Assembly (NCBI GenBank): GCA_051294905.1
Contig: CM119372.1
Coordinates: forward strand, 24,058,001-24,122,000
DNA from: Botryllus schlosseri
Taxonomy: Eukaryota
Reading direction: 5' to 3'
DNA length: 64,000 nucleotides
The notes beneath the pieces are model-generated. The model worked only from the letters and a program-made list of their open reading frames with translations. It was not told the origin of the DNA and searched no databases. Positions 63,702 to 64,000 of this stretch are shown in pieces. Numbering within the stretch: position 1 is the first letter of the stretch; every line of letters begins with the position of its first letter. The translations under genes and the position numbers were made by a program.

Positions 63702-64000
63702 CAGTGGTTCTCAAACTGGGGGACGAGCCCCCCTCGGACGGCATGAAAGCATCGGAAGGGGAGCGCGAAGCTCCGGTAAACTGAAATTTTTTTCGCGCTT
63801 GGCGTGATTCACCTCGATTTCATAGTTATTGCTCTGTGTATAGTCCGAATTTCATATTGGAGAATTCTCTCATCTACAGTCATAACCTTCCATACCATCA
63901 AACTATCTGCAAGGGTTGCTGTGGTTCCATTGTGTGATATGACGATAAGGGGGCACGAAATATTTCACTGTCATAAAGAGGGGCGTGTCTAAAAAAGTTA
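63702..64000. mobile_element. hAT MITE left end, cut by the window edge
   Basis: Typical terminus cagtggttctcaaactgggg. Confidence 0.5.

Overview
Eukaryotic (metazoan) genomic DNA, about 38% GC by eye. It looks like an invertebrate deuterostome, plausibly an ascidian, but the species cannot be fixed from sequence alone. Three spliced genes could be rebuilt exon by exon with consistent GT-AG phases: CHID1 (+, 9 coding exons, 397 aa), a pentamer-type subgroup-B thrombospondin (-, 20 coding exons, 944 aa) and a 6-cysteine CD63-like tetraspanin (-, 7 coding exons, 292 aa) with a mucin-like insert. A possible fourth gene fragment lies near the right edge. Thrombospondin introns hold one intact tRNA-Glu(CTC) and several decayed tRNA copies. 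Much of the remaining DNA is nested hAT-type MITEs, SINEs and LINE 3' remnants. The most striking structure is a 6.6-kb non-coding foldback element (1622-8258, 9-bp TSD). Its two arms carry inverted arrays of a 177-bp monomer with a nascent 3-mer higher-order repeat, and a solo LTR sits in one arm only. It ends about 350 bp upstream of the CHID1 start codon. A hATm relic that has gained ~530-bp TIRs may show how such foldback elements arise.
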